DNA of 64,000 nt, taken from the NCBI RefSeq assembly GCF_018350175.1, contig NC_058373.1:117616001-117680000 (forward strand). The letters run 5' to 3'. The position numbers were made by a program, and so were the translations under genes. The notes under the pieces were generated by a model. That model did no database searches, had not been told where the DNA came from, and saw only the letters and a list, made by a program, of their open reading frames with translations. The DNA comes from Felis catus (Eukaryota). Shown here piece by piece: positions 35,303 through 48,604 of the stretch. Positions within the stretch are counted from its first letter, which is position 1. Every line of letters starts with the position of its first letter.

Positions 35303-35522
35303 AGGCATCTGGGTGGCTCAGCCAGTTAAGGGTCCAACTCTTGATTTCAGCTCAGATCATGATCTTTTGAGTTGTAAGCCTGAGCCCCCCGTTGGGCTCT
35401 GTGCTGACTGCAGGGAGCCTGCTTGGTATTCTCTCTTTCTCCACCTCTCTCTGCCCTCCCCCACTCGTGTGCGCCCTTGATCTCTCTCCCTCCCTCAAAA
35501 TAAACTTAAAAGAAGATTTTTA
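35303..35522 (+). mobile_element. Older Can-SINE subfamily copy
   Basis: gggtggctcagccagttaagggtccaactcttgatttcagctcagatcatgat variant. Confidence 0.85.
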
Positions 35523-35900
35523 AAAAATGGAAAATAGAACTCCTACATGATCCAGGAACTCCACTTCAGGGCATATAGATCCAAAGGAAACAAAATCATT
35601 GTCTTGAAGAGATATTTGCACCTTCATGTTCATTGCAGCATTAACAATAGCTAAGACATGGAAACAACCTACATGTTCGTTAACAGATGAACGGATAAAG
35701 AAAATGTGAAAAGAAAGAAAACATGTATAATAAATCATAATAATAACACAATAAAGAAAATACATATAGGCTCAGCTTTTGGAGGTGACTCTGCTGGGCT
35801 AGCACCAGTGCGAAATAAACTGTCTTTTCTGATTTAAAAAAAAAGAAGAAAGAAAAGAAAGTACATGTAAAATATTATTCAGCTGTAAAAGAGAAAAAAA

Positions 35901-36107
35901 AGGGCGCCTGGGTGGCTCAGTTGGTTGAGCGTCCGACTACAGCTCAGGTCATGATCTCACGGCTTGCGGGTTCGAGCCCCGCGTCGGGCTCTGTGCTGAC
36001 AGCTCGGAGCCTGGATCCTGCTTCGGATCTGTGTCTCCCTCTCTCTCTGCCCCTAACTCACTCGCATTCTGTCAAAAGTAAATAAACATTTAAAAAAATT
36101 TTTTTAA
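35901..36107 (+). mobile_element. Can-SINE
   Basis: SINE body and tail. Confidence 0.92.
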
Positions 36108-37056
36108 ATACTCCCATTTGAGACAACATGAATGGATGTTGAAGACAAAATAGACAGAAAGGACAAATACTGTATGATCTCACTTATATATGGAATCTAA
36201 AAAAAGCCAAACTCACAGAAACTGAGAACAGGTTGGTGGTTGCCAGAAGCAGGGGTGGGATATGGGAGAAATGGATAAAGATGGGCAAAAGGTACAAACT
36301 TCCAGTTATAGGAAAAGTAAATTCTGGGGATCTAACGCACAGCATGAAGTTAACGATCCTGTACGGTCTATTTGAAAGTTGCTAAGACAGTAACTAAAAT
36401 GGTGATCATTTCACAATAAATACATCCATCAAATCATTATGTTGTATACCGTAAACAAATACAATGTGATAGGTTAATTACATCTTGATAAAACGGGGGC
36501 AAATGTAATCTTAGGCAACTCTAATACACAGTCAGATGTGATCCACTGAACTAGATGCTTCCTATGTTTTCTTTCAGGCTGAGAACTGTATGGGAAGAGG
36601 GTTTGATTGAAGTTCAGAAAAGACATATAACTCCTATCCACTTCTCCAACCAAAGACGGAGGGTAAAGTCCTGTTCGTTGCAGTCTGTCTACACCCAGAA
36701 TTTTTTAAATCAATTCCAACCCCCTGCACTGGTTCTCTGCTTGTCACCCTCACAAAGCGACCAATCCTGGGTTCCCCTTCTGGAAAAAAGGTCCCTCACT
36801 TAGGGGTTAAGGATGCTCCGTGTACACATGCACGCGCACATGACTGGGAGCCAATCTATTGAGTATCAAATGCGTGAGTGCAAGACTTTGCCAACGTGAA
36901 CCCACTGAGCCTGCAGATGAATCTATCAAGTCAGGAATAAAGGGAAAACGTTGGGATCAAACCAAATGACAAATTACAAATTGGATCAGTGGCTCTTCCT
37001 CTAGCTCTGCTGGGGAGGCATGTTATGAACTCCCTGGACACACCCAGTAGCTGGCA

Positions 37057-37058
<2 letters not shown>

Positions 37059-37087
<29 letters not shown>
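37059..37087. repeat. (AC)n microsatellite
   Basis: Direct reading. Confidence 0.9.
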
Positions 37088-37544
37088 AGGCCCCTTCCTG
37101 GTCAGGCATGAAGCAGAGGTGACCTTGACACTTCTCACTCCTAAGCCTTTAGCGCTAAGACTCGTGACTGCACTCAGGAGTCTGAGCTTTGGGCTGGAGA
37201 AAACCAACTTTCCCTTTGGCTCTCCCACATGGTGCCGGCTGGCAAGCCCACAGAACTTATGCCAGTTCACTCACACAGTGTTCTGTGCTATTCCCCAGTC
37301 CCTGCCGCCCGTCCCACCCCTCCCACCCCTCCACGGTGTAGCCTCATGCTATGGCAGAATAGCAAAGACCACCCGGCAGCTGACCCCACAGAGGAAGAAG
37401 GAACTGGCAGAAGGCAGGAATAGATGGGAATGAGGCAGGATTTGCTAGCTGACCTGACAAATGACCCAGTGGGCAGTTCTAACGGAAGGCCTAGCGTGGG
37501 AAATTTAAGTCTAGAAGTATTTATTAAAATTGGCCACGTGACAG

Positions 37545-38400
37545 GTGTTGTGCTGCCTGCTGAGCTTAGACAGTTCAGTAAAAGTGGCCCTTGTCCTCAG
37601 AGACCACACCTTCTAGTAGAAGATGCAGACGTGTGTAACCAACCAACTGGGACCCAGGGCAAGAGGGGCACAGGTACACGTAAAACGCATGTGGCAAAGG
37701 GAAACTAATTCTACATGGGAAGGAGAGAGGAAGAGAGGCATGAAAAGTTCCTGGCCTATTTAGGGCGCAGTGAGTGAACCCCGTGAGTGGAACATGAAGA
37801 GGGTGGAGGCTAGGAGTGAGGGTGAGAGAAGAAGAGAGGTCAGAGCTACAGACCAAAGAGAGAAGTCATGATGGGCTCAAACCAGGGTAGGGCCTGCAGG
37901 GAAGGTGGAGAGAGGGGACAGACTCACGAGATGCCATGGGAGAAGAGGAAGCCCCGTGGTGACTCAGTGAGTGTGGGGGTTGGACAGGGAGAGATGAGTG
38001 AAAGATGTTTCAGGGGACTCAAGTCAGGATGAAGGAATGCCATGGGGCCAGGAGACCGAGTCCAAAGGGGCACGAGAACAGAGCTGGCTGGCTAGGAGAG
38101 GGCTTCCTGAGAGCGAAGGCAGTGAGGGAGGGGGAAAGACAAGAGGTGTTCAAAAGGGCGTTTCACGTTTCTTATTTCAGAGGGGGAGGATTTGGGGTCT
38201 GGCCATCGGGGTAGTAGAGCTGCCCAGGAGCAGGCAGGTCAAAGCGGAGGAGGTAAGGGGTCATTCCAGTGGATGTTGAGGCCACTTGGGATGACAGCGG
38301 AAGACAGAACAGAGGCAGAGCATAGGAGGTGGGGACCAGAGTCCTTATCCTAGGGGAATATGGAGAGGTGATCTGGAGGTCCACAGATGGGGCCACTGAG
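37545..38400 (-). mobile_element. Degenerate L2 LINE
   Basis: ggcccttgtcctcagagaccacaccttctagtagaagatgcagac start, then a purine-rich antisense L2-like body. Confidence 0.55.
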
Positions 38401-40449
38401 GCTGAGGAGGGGCAGACTACCAGCTGACCTACCTTCAGATGGAGAAGGGCTCCTGGGCAGAGCTCCTCAGTCAGTGGCCTGAAGAGGGCCAGTGAGAGAT
38501 GGGCATGCCTGCCTCCAGACTCATCCAGATTGCCCTCAGCAGTACATGTGGGATGACCCTTTCTCCCCCGCCTCCATCAGTTCTGGAAATAAAAGCCAGT
38601 CCCATTTGGAAGCCAAGGCTGTGTGTGGTGCTTAGCCCCAGGCTGGGTGAGTTCTGCTCTCAGACCTCATTTTCATCTACCCTGTTCCTCTCTGGGAAAG
38701 TGATCTAGGATGGCTGGAAGCTCTCCCTCCTGGTCTTCCAGGGCCATCTGGTGGGACTGCCTCTCAGGAAAACAGTCTGATGACAGTATCCCTGTAACTT
38801 TTTAGTCATCAGACCCCTCTGCGGGGTTCAAGGCCTCTTACCAAGTTCCAGTCTCTATGAACACGGCTGAGGAAGGATTCTCCTTTGTTCGTGACTCTAT
38901 CACCTTTTTGCTTTCCTTTCCACAAAAGCAATACACATTTTACTCTCCCAGTTTTCCTATTTAAGGCATTTCCTCCAGGCCCTTTTAAACCAGTTTAGAT
39001 ATGTCTCTGTTTGGGCACATGAAGGAGGGCACCTACACACATGGGCCCACCGTATACGGAGTTCCTGAGAGCAAAGAAAGATCCCGTGGTTCTCTCCCCA
39101 AAAAGCGCATACAGGGTCTTCAGCAAACAGCATCATCCTGGAATCTGTAATAGAAATAGAATAAATGATGCTGATTTATAGCAGAAGGACCCAGGTTTCC
39201 AACACAGTAAGGTCATTCCTTCAGTGCACCATTAAAGCAGCCGATAGGTTAGGACAGATCTGTAATTTCGTAGAATGTTTTCTGCACCTTGAAGTATAAA
39301 CACTTTGGTTGGTTCTAACCATTCGGAACAGAACTGTTTGCAGAAATGTCAACAAAACGAGTATCCACAAGACAGCTTTGTGATATGGTGCAGTTGTGTG
39401 AGCCAGGCTGTGGTCCCAGGACACAGACAGCCTTGGAGAGTAGGAATCTGTCAACCTGGGGTTCTCAGCATGATGGATCCAAGTGCCTTCTTCCAGGCCC
39501 TCAGTGCTCCTGACTTGCTGTCCACTATCCCTTGGGAAGAATAAATGATCTTCAGAGGAGCTCTAAACCCCTGCAAATTTCACGAGTAATATAAATTTAC
39601 ACCAAATTCTAAGTCTGGGACCCGGTATGAGAGCCCGAGGCTCTGAGATGCCTTATGTATGTCTTTCAGGTGAAATTAATTCACCTGACAGCATTGACCT
39701 CTGCTGCCGAGAACTCTTCCCTCTTATTTCTGGAACTGTTGGTGCCATCTGAAGAGTCAGGCTGCTGGCAGAGGGCCCCAGGCTCATGAGGCTGAACCCC
39801 CATTTTGTTTATTAAAGTCATCTTCATGCATATCGGCACTGATGTTCCCATCAGGGGGGCTGAAACAGGCAGGGATTTTGTTGATACTAACAGAGCCCTA
39901 CACTGTCTCTGACTCAGGAGTGGTACCAAAGCCATCGGTAATTTTCTCTTGCCCAGAATTCCATACTCAGATGCATATGAAATTCATATCTATACGAAAT
40001 TTTTCTGAGCGAATACACCGAAAGTTTGAACTGCCATCTGTTAGGGGTGGTCTCCTGTGCCTACATGCTGGACATCTGAGCAAAATCTCTTCCAGAAGAA
40101 ACAGAGTTCTCTGCATGTAAACATGGCCAGGGTTCTACATTCCCGTAGCATTCACCAGCTTCTAGCACTTACCTCTTACCTCTCTTCCACCCTTCCTACC
40201 TCCATGATTGACCCCTTTGTACCCTGCCTCTGAAAAGCACACACATTTAGTGCAGCTCCCTTTCATATCATGTCCAGGCAATAGCTGAAATGTCCCCAGA
40301 AAACATCATTATAATTTGAAAAAAGCTGGGTTAGGTTGCCCGTGTACATAATAAAAACACACCCGAGGAGCTGTGTTCTCACACCTTGTAGTTGCCTGGA
40401 CCGTGACACTAGAGCTCCAGGTACATGTGCCATCTGAAGTAACACCTTC

Positions 40450-40692
40450 TTTTCTTTCTTCTTCTTTTTTTTAAAATTTTCTTAATGTTTTATTGGTTTT
40501 TGAGAGAGAGACAGACAGACAGAGTGAGAGCAGGGGAGGGGCAGAGAGAGAGGGAGACACAGAATCCGAAGCAGGCTCCAGGCTCCGGAGCTGTCAGCCC
40601 AGAGCCCGAAGCGGGGCTCGAACTCACAAACCCTGAGATGGTGACCTGAGCCGAAGTCGGACGCTCAACCGACTGAGCCTCCCGGGCGCCCC
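40450..40692 (-). mobile_element. Can-SINE
   Basis: SINE body; degenerate TSD tgaag(t/c)a(a/c)caccttc. Confidence 0.92.
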
Positions 40693-42591
40693 TGAAGCAC
40701 CACCTTCCACTCAAGTCTGGAAGGTGAATTCCATTTCCCAGTGTCCTTGGAAGAAGCCCAGCACAGTCCCCACTGGAGAAGCCACTTCCTCATGTCACTG
40801 AGATGCCATTTCCAGATCTGAGGGACACGGGAACAACTCAGATTAGTGGCTATCTAACCCAGGCCATCAGCCCCCGTAACAGATAGACATTGCTTTCAAA
40901 ACCCGAATCACACCTCACTCTAAATGGAGGAAGAAGCCAGAGTGTGTCACCTTCAAGGCAAGTGCAGAGGCTTTATGAGTGGTCTGGGAATCCGCACAGG
41001 ATAAAAGCCCCTCCCGTCCCTCCGGGGGTTGGAACTCTTGACCTCTGCACTGCCTTGGCTCTCACAGTAAGCGGTTGCTATTAGCTACACCTGACACCTG
41101 GATTCTGACTCAGGGCCAGTCTATTGCTCTCTTCAACCCAGAACACAAACAGAACTTCATTCTGCTCATTTGAGAGATCCATATTTTACTAGTTTTTTTT
41201 GGGGGGGGGGAATGCTTTTTGAGTTTTTCTTTGGCTTGGGAAGAGTGTCACTAAGCTTCAGGGACACAGCCGTGTCCTCCTCCTCCCCCCCTCCAAATGA
41301 CTGCCTCCCTTGGTGATACCCCATGGCCCCACCTCCCAACAGCCTGCAGTTAACCTTGACTGATCCCCCCTTCAGCCTCCAGCCCCACTGGATATCGAAT
41401 CCTGCCAGTTCTGTTCTGCTCCATTCTTACTGCCTCTGCCTCTGACCTTGACTGTTTGCAGTAACATCCCTGTCTCTGGCCAAAAGCCTCCAGCACTATC
41501 GAAATATACCCATTTCCAGCTTAAAAACACCTCGGCATCTCCCTGTTGCCATCAGAATTCACTCAGCTCCATCCCACAGTGCGTATCACGCCCTCATGAC
41601 GTGTCAGGCTAGCGTCAAGGTTAGCAAGGCGTCTGAGGCAGAGTCTGTGCCCTTGAAGAGATCCCAGGAGTCTTCCGGGGGCACAGGTGCATACATGAGC
41701 ATGGCTTCATGTGAAAAGTGCTCAGGGGAAAGGAATGGCAAAATAGTTTGGAATTCCGGGGGCCGGAGGTTGAAGAAACCACAGAACACTGGTAACATTT
41801 GCACTGAGGCTTAGGGGGCAAATAGGCATCTGTCAAGTGGACACTGATGAAAGGGATGCCGAGGGATCTTTCAGGAAAGGAAATGACGTGGGCAAAAGCA
41901 CAGGCCCCCAGAGTGGTCAGGGCCTCTGAAACAGGTAATCGTTGTCCCTGGCCATCATTGCACGTTCCACATGCATCATCTTCAGCAGACCAGGTGGGAA
42001 GCCAGTCATCCAAGTAACAAACCCAATTCAGACGGCATCCCCCTTCCTACAGACCTATTCAGGGGCTAGGGAGGGCAGGAAGAGGAGGAAACGTCCAGCC
42101 CCGATGCCCAGAGACATGACAGGGAAGCATATGGACCCGTCTTCAGTGGAGTGTCTCTGGGGCCAGGCATTCCCACAGCCCCAGGGCAACGATATCCAGT
42201 GACAATGACCAGCCGCGCTGATGTCCTAGAGACTTATCCCTTTAGAACAGTGGTCGCTCGGCACAAACCAAGGGCCACAGGAGACCCAGCAATGTCTCTG
42301 ACCACAGAGTGCTCACAGTCTCGGGGCACAGATGAGACTATGCAGAGGAAGAGCAAGCAGGCGGCATGTAATGAAGTGCCCAGCTGCAGGTGGTAGCCGT
42401 GACCCAGCCCTTGAGACCGTGAAGGTCAGCTCGCTGTGGACTGGAGTCATCAGGGACGGATTCAAGGGACGGCTGGGTGGGGCATGAGCTGAACAATGGA
42501 GGCCGGGTGGGAACTGGACGATAACAAGGGAGACAGAGAACACTGTCAGCCGACTCCTGAACGAGGACACCTAGTTCCTTAGAATTAGAAA

Positions 42592-42675
42592 AGGCTGAGG
42601 AAGAGGTGTTCCCGCCTGTTCCTCCTTGAGGCACCTTGTCGCTGTTCAGGGCACTTCGTCCGTCCATTTCTTCAA
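42592..42675 (+). repeat. Copy 1 of an 84-bp dispersed direct repeat
   Basis: 80/84 identical to 43837-43920. Confidence 0.95.
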
Positions 42676-43836
42676 AATAACTTGATGCTCATCCATCCAG
42701 ATTCTTGGCCATCACAAAGCCCCTCCTGCAACCCCAACCATCCAGGCGCATAACTGGGTGCTGTGAGGGCGAGAGAAAAGAACTGAATGGAAAGACTGTC
42801 CGGCAGACGCAAAACCCTCTCTGCGCTGCCTCTCCTGACAGCGACACCTTTCCCTGGGAGGCCAGCATCCTAAATCTTGAAACGTTTTGCCTTGGGGCTC
42901 AGGGAGGGGACAGCCCTTCCCCCTGACCCTGTATCTCAGCAAAAATGTCATCCCCGCCCAGGTTGACAGTTTTGCCCGGCAGGACAGAAGCAATCAGCCT
43001 CCACCCTCGGCATCCATATTCATGGCGATTGTTCATGTTCTGACCTGTAGCCCCGTGTGGGATGTCAGCCTGGGAGCCGGGGCTGATGGTCCCCAGAAGT
43101 GCACTTCAGGAATTAGCCCACAGCCATCTGCCTCTCCTCCAAGTAACTCGGGCCCTGGGAGAAATAAACAGCTGTTGTCACTGCAGTCCCAGAGAAGCAT
43201 GAAATAGGGCAAGGAGGAAGGGAGGCGGTACCTTTCAGAGCCAAGGCCGCTCCTGAGAGTGTTTGAAGGTTATTAGTGTGGCTATAATCAGGCCATTAGC
43301 CAAATGCAGGTGGAGAATGAAGTGGTTTTGAAATTGCTTTCCAGAGAAAGCAGAGTCTGTGTTGGTATAATCTACGCATGTGGTCTCTTTCAAGTAGCTC
43401 GTCGGCGTCGTAAAGGACCAAGGAGCCAGGACTCGGGTCTCCAGCTCACCACAGTCAGAACTAGCCCCTTCCTTGGTGCTAAAAAGGGATCCGGGCGTGA
43501 CAGCCAAAGCCCTGCCCTCTCCCTGTTCCACCTGCTTCATGTGAGCAAGCGCAAGCCACAAGTCCCCTTCTCATAGTCCCGGTCCTGGCCCAGAGACCCA
43601 GTTGGCTCATAAACGCTTCCTTTTAGTTCACAGACAGTGGCCTTATCCTGCACCCCAGTGTGGGCAGTGTCGTCTAGTGCCCCGTGCCCAGGGCGGCCGT
43701 CCCAGCCACTTCAGGCTTCCCCAGGGGATTCATTTCTAGGAGCAGCTTCTTGATGAGAGAAGGGTCTTCTGAGTCCACGTAGAGGAAGCCTCTTGCCCAC
43801 CTCCTTAGCCACTGAGCAGATCCAGGCCTCTTTCTG

Positions 43837-43920
43837 AGGCTGAGGAAGAGGTGTTCCCGCCTGCTCCACCTTGAGGCACCTTGTCACCGTTCAGGGCACT
43901 TCGTCCGTCCATTTCTTCAA
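43837..43920 (+). repeat. Copy 2 of an 84-bp dispersed direct repeat
   Basis: 80/84 identical to 42592-42675. Confidence 0.95.
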
Positions 43921-43924
43921 GCCC

Positions 43925-44590
43925 AACGCAGGAGTCTCCTTCTCTCCCCCAGCCCCTCCACGACCAATTAGTTGTAAATTCTGTTTCTGGGTCTCTTCAG
44001 TGACTCTCTCCCTCCCCCCTCCCCTGCCATTGTTTCCAGCTCCTACCGCTACAGCCCAACCCAGCACCCCTCCTGCAATTCAGCAGGCATCGTCTCTGGC
44101 AGATTTCAGGTCTGACCCTCTGACATTTCCGATCGATCCTTTCAGAGCACCCATTGTCCTCAGGATGGTGTCCAAATGCCTCGTCTGGCCCCTCGCCTTC
44201 TTGAGCCTGTGCTGCGGCCGCGCTGGCACGGCTCACAGCATCCTGGGAGCTCTGCGGTCCCTCGCTTACCGGCTTCACACATGTCGCACCCTGTGCCTGG
44301 GATGTTTCCCTTCTCCCTACTCACTAAATCCCATTCCCCCTTTGGAGCTTGGCTTGGGTTCCACCCCTCTCCAGAAGCCTCTGATCCCTCTTTTCCCCAC
44401 GTTTGAGATAAGGGCCCCCTTTGGTGGGCTTATTGCGGTATATTATCTGTACACCTATCTCCCCTGCCCATCTGGGCTCCTTTGAGGCAAGGATGCTGTC
44501 ACAGTCAACTTTGGGTCCCCTATGCCTATTACGGCACCTAACACTTAAAAAGAATTTTAAAAGTATCAAATGGCTGAATGCATGAACAAA
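43925..44590 (+). mobile_element. L2 LINE 3' portion
   Basis: Pyrimidine-rich body ending in ctgggctcctttgaggcaaggatgctgt...tgaatgcatgaa. Confidence 0.6.
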
Positions 44591-44757
44591 AGAAGAACGG
44601 AGGAGGTTGCAAAGCATCCAATGACCCAATGGGACAATAGCTTGTTGAGTAACTGGGAAGTGAGATAACAGAACCACGTGTGCAAATCACACATGCAGAA
44701 CTAAGGAATGTTTCAGAATGGAGTACCTTCAGCTTCACCTGAGGTTTCTCTGCACTT

Positions 44758-44965
44758 TGTTGTTTTAATGTTTATTTACTTTTCGGGGTCGGGGGGGGGC
44801 CTGAGCAGGGGAGGGGCAGAGAGAGAGGGAGACACAGAATCCGAAGCAGGCTCCAGGCTCCGAGCTGTCCGCACAGAGCCCAATGCGGGGCTCGAACTCA
44901 CAAACCCTGAGATGGTGACCTGAGCCGAAGTCGGACACTCAACCGACTGAGCCACCCAGGCACCC
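44758..44965 (-). mobile_element. Can-SINE
   Basis: SINE body; TSD ctgcactt. Confidence 0.9.
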
Positions 44966-45934
44966 CTGCACTTGGGACTGGAGTAATCCCCCTACTCTCG
45001 TCCAATCAAATGTGCTGACTCTTGGTTCTTCGAGTCTTATCATTGACCCAAGGAACAACATTTGGTAATTAGCCCATAGTGTAGCCTACCTAGGTGCTGG
45101 ATGAAGGACTTGGCTGTAATGCCAGGATGAGGAGCATGGTCGCCGTCCTGTGTAGTTTCCCCTACCAGGGGAACTTTGATGCACCAGGATGTGCTTTCCC
45201 ACCCTGGGTTAGGTAAAATAACCTTTGACACACTTGTCCACTCTCTTCAGAGTGGGCTGATGGGAGCAGTGAAAGAACACCACCTCCTGAGCTGGTGTTT
45301 GCAGGTGCCAGGAACAAGTGAATGGAGGCCAATTGAATCACAACCTGATTCACAAAGTGGAAACTGCTCTGTCTGGCTCAGCCTTCTTCTTGGGCCAGTT
45401 TTTCTGTCAATCCTCCTTGGTGCCCCCAGCCCTCTCCAGGTCTCTTTCACAAGCTGGCAGATGTGTTTGATGCGATGCTGGCAAAATGACGTACAGATGG
45501 TTACCCATATGGTGCCAGTTTGGATCTGACTCCTGGAGAAAATTCTGGAAGCCCACTCAGCTATGAAGGACACCCACCAGCTTCCTGCACGGGGTCCAAA
45601 GCTGACTGCTCATGGGGGACACAGGTGGGAAGCAGGTGTTTCCCATAAATGGACCACCCTCTGCTAATCACCACCAATCAAGCCACTGGTGCAGGGGAAA
45701 ACAAAATGAGAAAGAATCATCATCCAAGAGGTGACATGAACTGGTGGCCAAGGAAAGGATGGTCTAGATTCACATGAATAAATGGCCATATTTTGGGAAG
45801 GCTTTCTTACAGAGAATGCCAGAAATTTGGAGACAAAGAGTGCGGGGACTTCAGATTTAATTCCAGCTGATGCAATATCTGAGGGTGTGCAGTCTAGCAA
45901 GTTCCATCTAGTAAGTGTCCACAGCAGACAAAGA

Positions 45935-46300
45935 ACAGATTCATTCAGCCAATTATTCAATGTTTATTGAACGTCAACCATGTGCCAGGCCCTGCTCTGG
46001 ATGCTAGGGACAGAATAGTGAGCAACTTCCATTGTGAGTAAGGACCCTCCATTTTAAAGACTTACATTCCAGTGGGGGAAGGACAGAGATACAAATAAGA
46101 GTATGTCAGGTCGTACTAAGAGCTATGCAAAAAAGGTAAACTACAGTGAGGTGGTAACAAAGAAGGGGGTGCCACTTCAGACTGGGTGACTAAGGAGTCC
46201 TCTTGGAAAAGCTGACATCTGACATCTCATTCTCTGAATGAGAAGAAACCAGCAAGCACACAGGCATCAAGGGAATAGCGAGTGCAAAAGCCCGAGTGAG
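45935..46300 (-). mobile_element. L2 3' end
   Basis: ttcattcagccaattattcaatgtttattgaacgtcaaccatgtgccaggccctgctctggatgctaggga. Confidence 0.75.
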
Positions 46301-46534
46301 ACAGATTGATGCTCGGCTAACCCCAGAACACTAACGACTCCCAAATTTACACTTGCAGCCTGCACGTTGATTTTGAAACGTAGTCCCACTCCCTGAAGTC
46401 TCAGGAAGTTCAAGCTCCGTTTTTCCAAAGGTGGACTCATGGTCTCCCTCCCAAATCACCTCCTCTTTCCTCATGGTACCTATCGGTGTATGACGTGGCC
46501 ATCCACACCGCTCACAAGCCAACGGGTTGGACGT

Positions 46535-46925
46535 CATCGGCTGCAGGTTTGGGTTTCCCATAAAGCAGCCTCTTAGATGAAGATTGGCGTAGGCAGATGG
46601 GCTAGAAAGCACTCCTGGGGTGCCCACCTGTGGAAAGGAAGGGAGGCAAAGCGGGATTGGAAAAGGAAGACGTCGAGCTGCAGCGAAGTGTCAGCTAAGG
46701 CTTCAGCCAGACCCTGAGGGAGCTCTGAATTCGTGTGGCCCTCAGAGTTGTCTCAAGGCGGGACGAGGGCCTGGGATGTAGATTTTGTACCCTGATGTGG
46801 ACCTGTCACTGATGGTAGGATGTCCATGAAGGTGGTATGATCTTGGACAAGATAACTGTCTTCAGCTGAGGGCAATTCTCCTAGGGGCTGGCGGTGTAAG
46901 TCCTTCAGTCCTGAGGGATCCAGGG
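46535..46925. mobile_element. MaLR (MLT1-type) solo LTR
   Basis: gggtttcccataaagcagcctcttagatggagatt...acctgtggaaaggaagggaggcaaagcgggattgg resembles MLT1I-like elements. Confidence 0.5.
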
Positions 46926-47957
46926 TGACTCGTCAAAGCATCTTCTTTTCCCTTTGCTTCATTCCCGCCATCCCACGAGAGATGAGACCTGTCCTAGGGG
47001 TTGGGGAGGTGGTCTAACTTTTATACCTCTCCCCCCTCCATCCTATCCTCCCCTTCCACCTTGCACTAGTTCAGGCCTCAAAATTTCTCATCTGGACTAG
47101 GCCTTCAACCTGTTCTCCCTGGCCCCCTCTAGTCTATACTCCACACAGTTGCCACACGGCTGTCACATTTTTCTAAGACGCAAATCTGAGCCCACTGACT
47201 CTACTGTTTGAAACGCTCCAGAAGCTATCTTCCGAATGAAATCTGAATTCTCTTCAGGATGAAATCTAAATTTCAGATCACAGAATTTCAGACCCTTCGT
47301 GACCTGATCCCGTTGATGCCTCTGTCCTTATCTCTCCTCACCCTCTCCCCCGGACTCTATGTGTCAGCCTTTCTGCATGAGTCCTACGTTCCTTAAGTGT
47401 TCCTTTGGACATGTGGCTCTTCAGCCAGGAAGGTCTTCCAATCTCCACATTCTCTGACCTTCGAGACTCCTTGCACTGAGTCGCAGCCATCCCTGCTTGG
47501 CCACTCTCTCTCTAACAGAGGAGGAAGATACTATCTACCCCAGTTTGCCCCAAATTATTCTGCAGCTATGGCATCCCAAAGGCTTCAATGAGAGGGGGCA
47601 TCATCAGCCACCAAGAGCTGGAAGTGCCCAGTCAGATAACCGGAGGGAAGCTCTAGAACCAGGGGAGCCCCATGCTGGGGCACTGGTTGCTCTGCAAAAG
47701 CGGGGGGCGGGGGGGGGGGCTTGTTGGTGAACTCAGGTGCAACTCTCTCTGGGTTCCCGGGAATATTTGGGCAGAAGAACATGTAGAGGTGCAGGTGTGA
47801 GACACTATTTGGGGACCTGATAATATTGGGGGCACTTTTATCTGTGGGCCCCTGGGAGTTCCCAGAGATATGGGGGGAAGACTTGTTTGCGGGCTCATGT
47901 ATGGAGCTTCTCAAGGACCCCCGTAAGTGTTGTCAAGAGTACACGGGGGGGGGGGGG

Positions 47958-48178
47958 GGGGCGCCTGGGTGGCTCAGTCGATTAAGCGTCTGACTTCAGC
48001 TCGGGTCATGATCTCACAGTTCGTGGGTTTGAGCCCCATGCCAGGGTCTGCGCTGACAGCTCGGAGCCCGGAGCCTGCTTCAGATTCTGTGTCTCCGCTC
48101 TCTCTGCCCCTCCCCTGCTCGCACTCTGTCTCTCTGTCTCCCCAAAATAAATAAAAATATTTAAAAAAAATTTTTTTG
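47958..48178 (+). mobile_element. Can-SINE preceded by an expanded G run
   Basis: SINE body and tail. Confidence 0.92.
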
Positions 48179-48380
48179 AAGCGTACGTGGGGGACATGCC
48201 CTTGGGACTCCCAGAAGGACCGGGCAAGGACTATGGTTGGCCAGCATGGGAGACACCCCTGAGGACTCCCACCTCTGTACTAGAGTGCTTATTGGGAGAG
48301 TGAGTGAGGCACTCCTGGGTTCAAAATATTCCAGGGGTTACTCTTCATGACCAGATTGAGGCAAGATCCAGTGAAATTTT

Positions 48381-48604
48381 TTTTTTTTTAATTTTTTTTT
48401 TCAACGTTTATTTATTTTTGGGACAGAGAGAGACAGAGCATGAACGGGGGAGGGGCAGAGAGAGAGGGAGACACAGAATCGGAAACAGGCTCCAGGCTCC
48501 GAGCCATCAGCCCAGAGCCCGACGCGGGGCTCGAACTCACGGACCGCGAGATCGTGACCTGGCTGAAGTCGGACGCTTAACCGACTGCGCCACCCAGGCG
48601 CCCC
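48381..48604 (-). mobile_element. Young Can-SINE
   Basis: TSD gatccagtgaaattt. Confidence 0.95.

Larger units (their letters stand above)
34848..36500 (+). mobile_element. 5'-truncated L1 (L1MA9-like) carrying nested insertions, apparently inserted in a MER5-like element
   Basis: ORF2 3' motifs and ggtacaaacttccagttata...ttctggggatctaa 3'UTR; gtaatc(c/t)ta occurs at both ends. Confidence 0.85.

Noticed and set aside
47944..47961. Long G run at a SINE 5' end
   Set aside because: Explained by slippage where a G-rich target site meets the GGGG SINE start.
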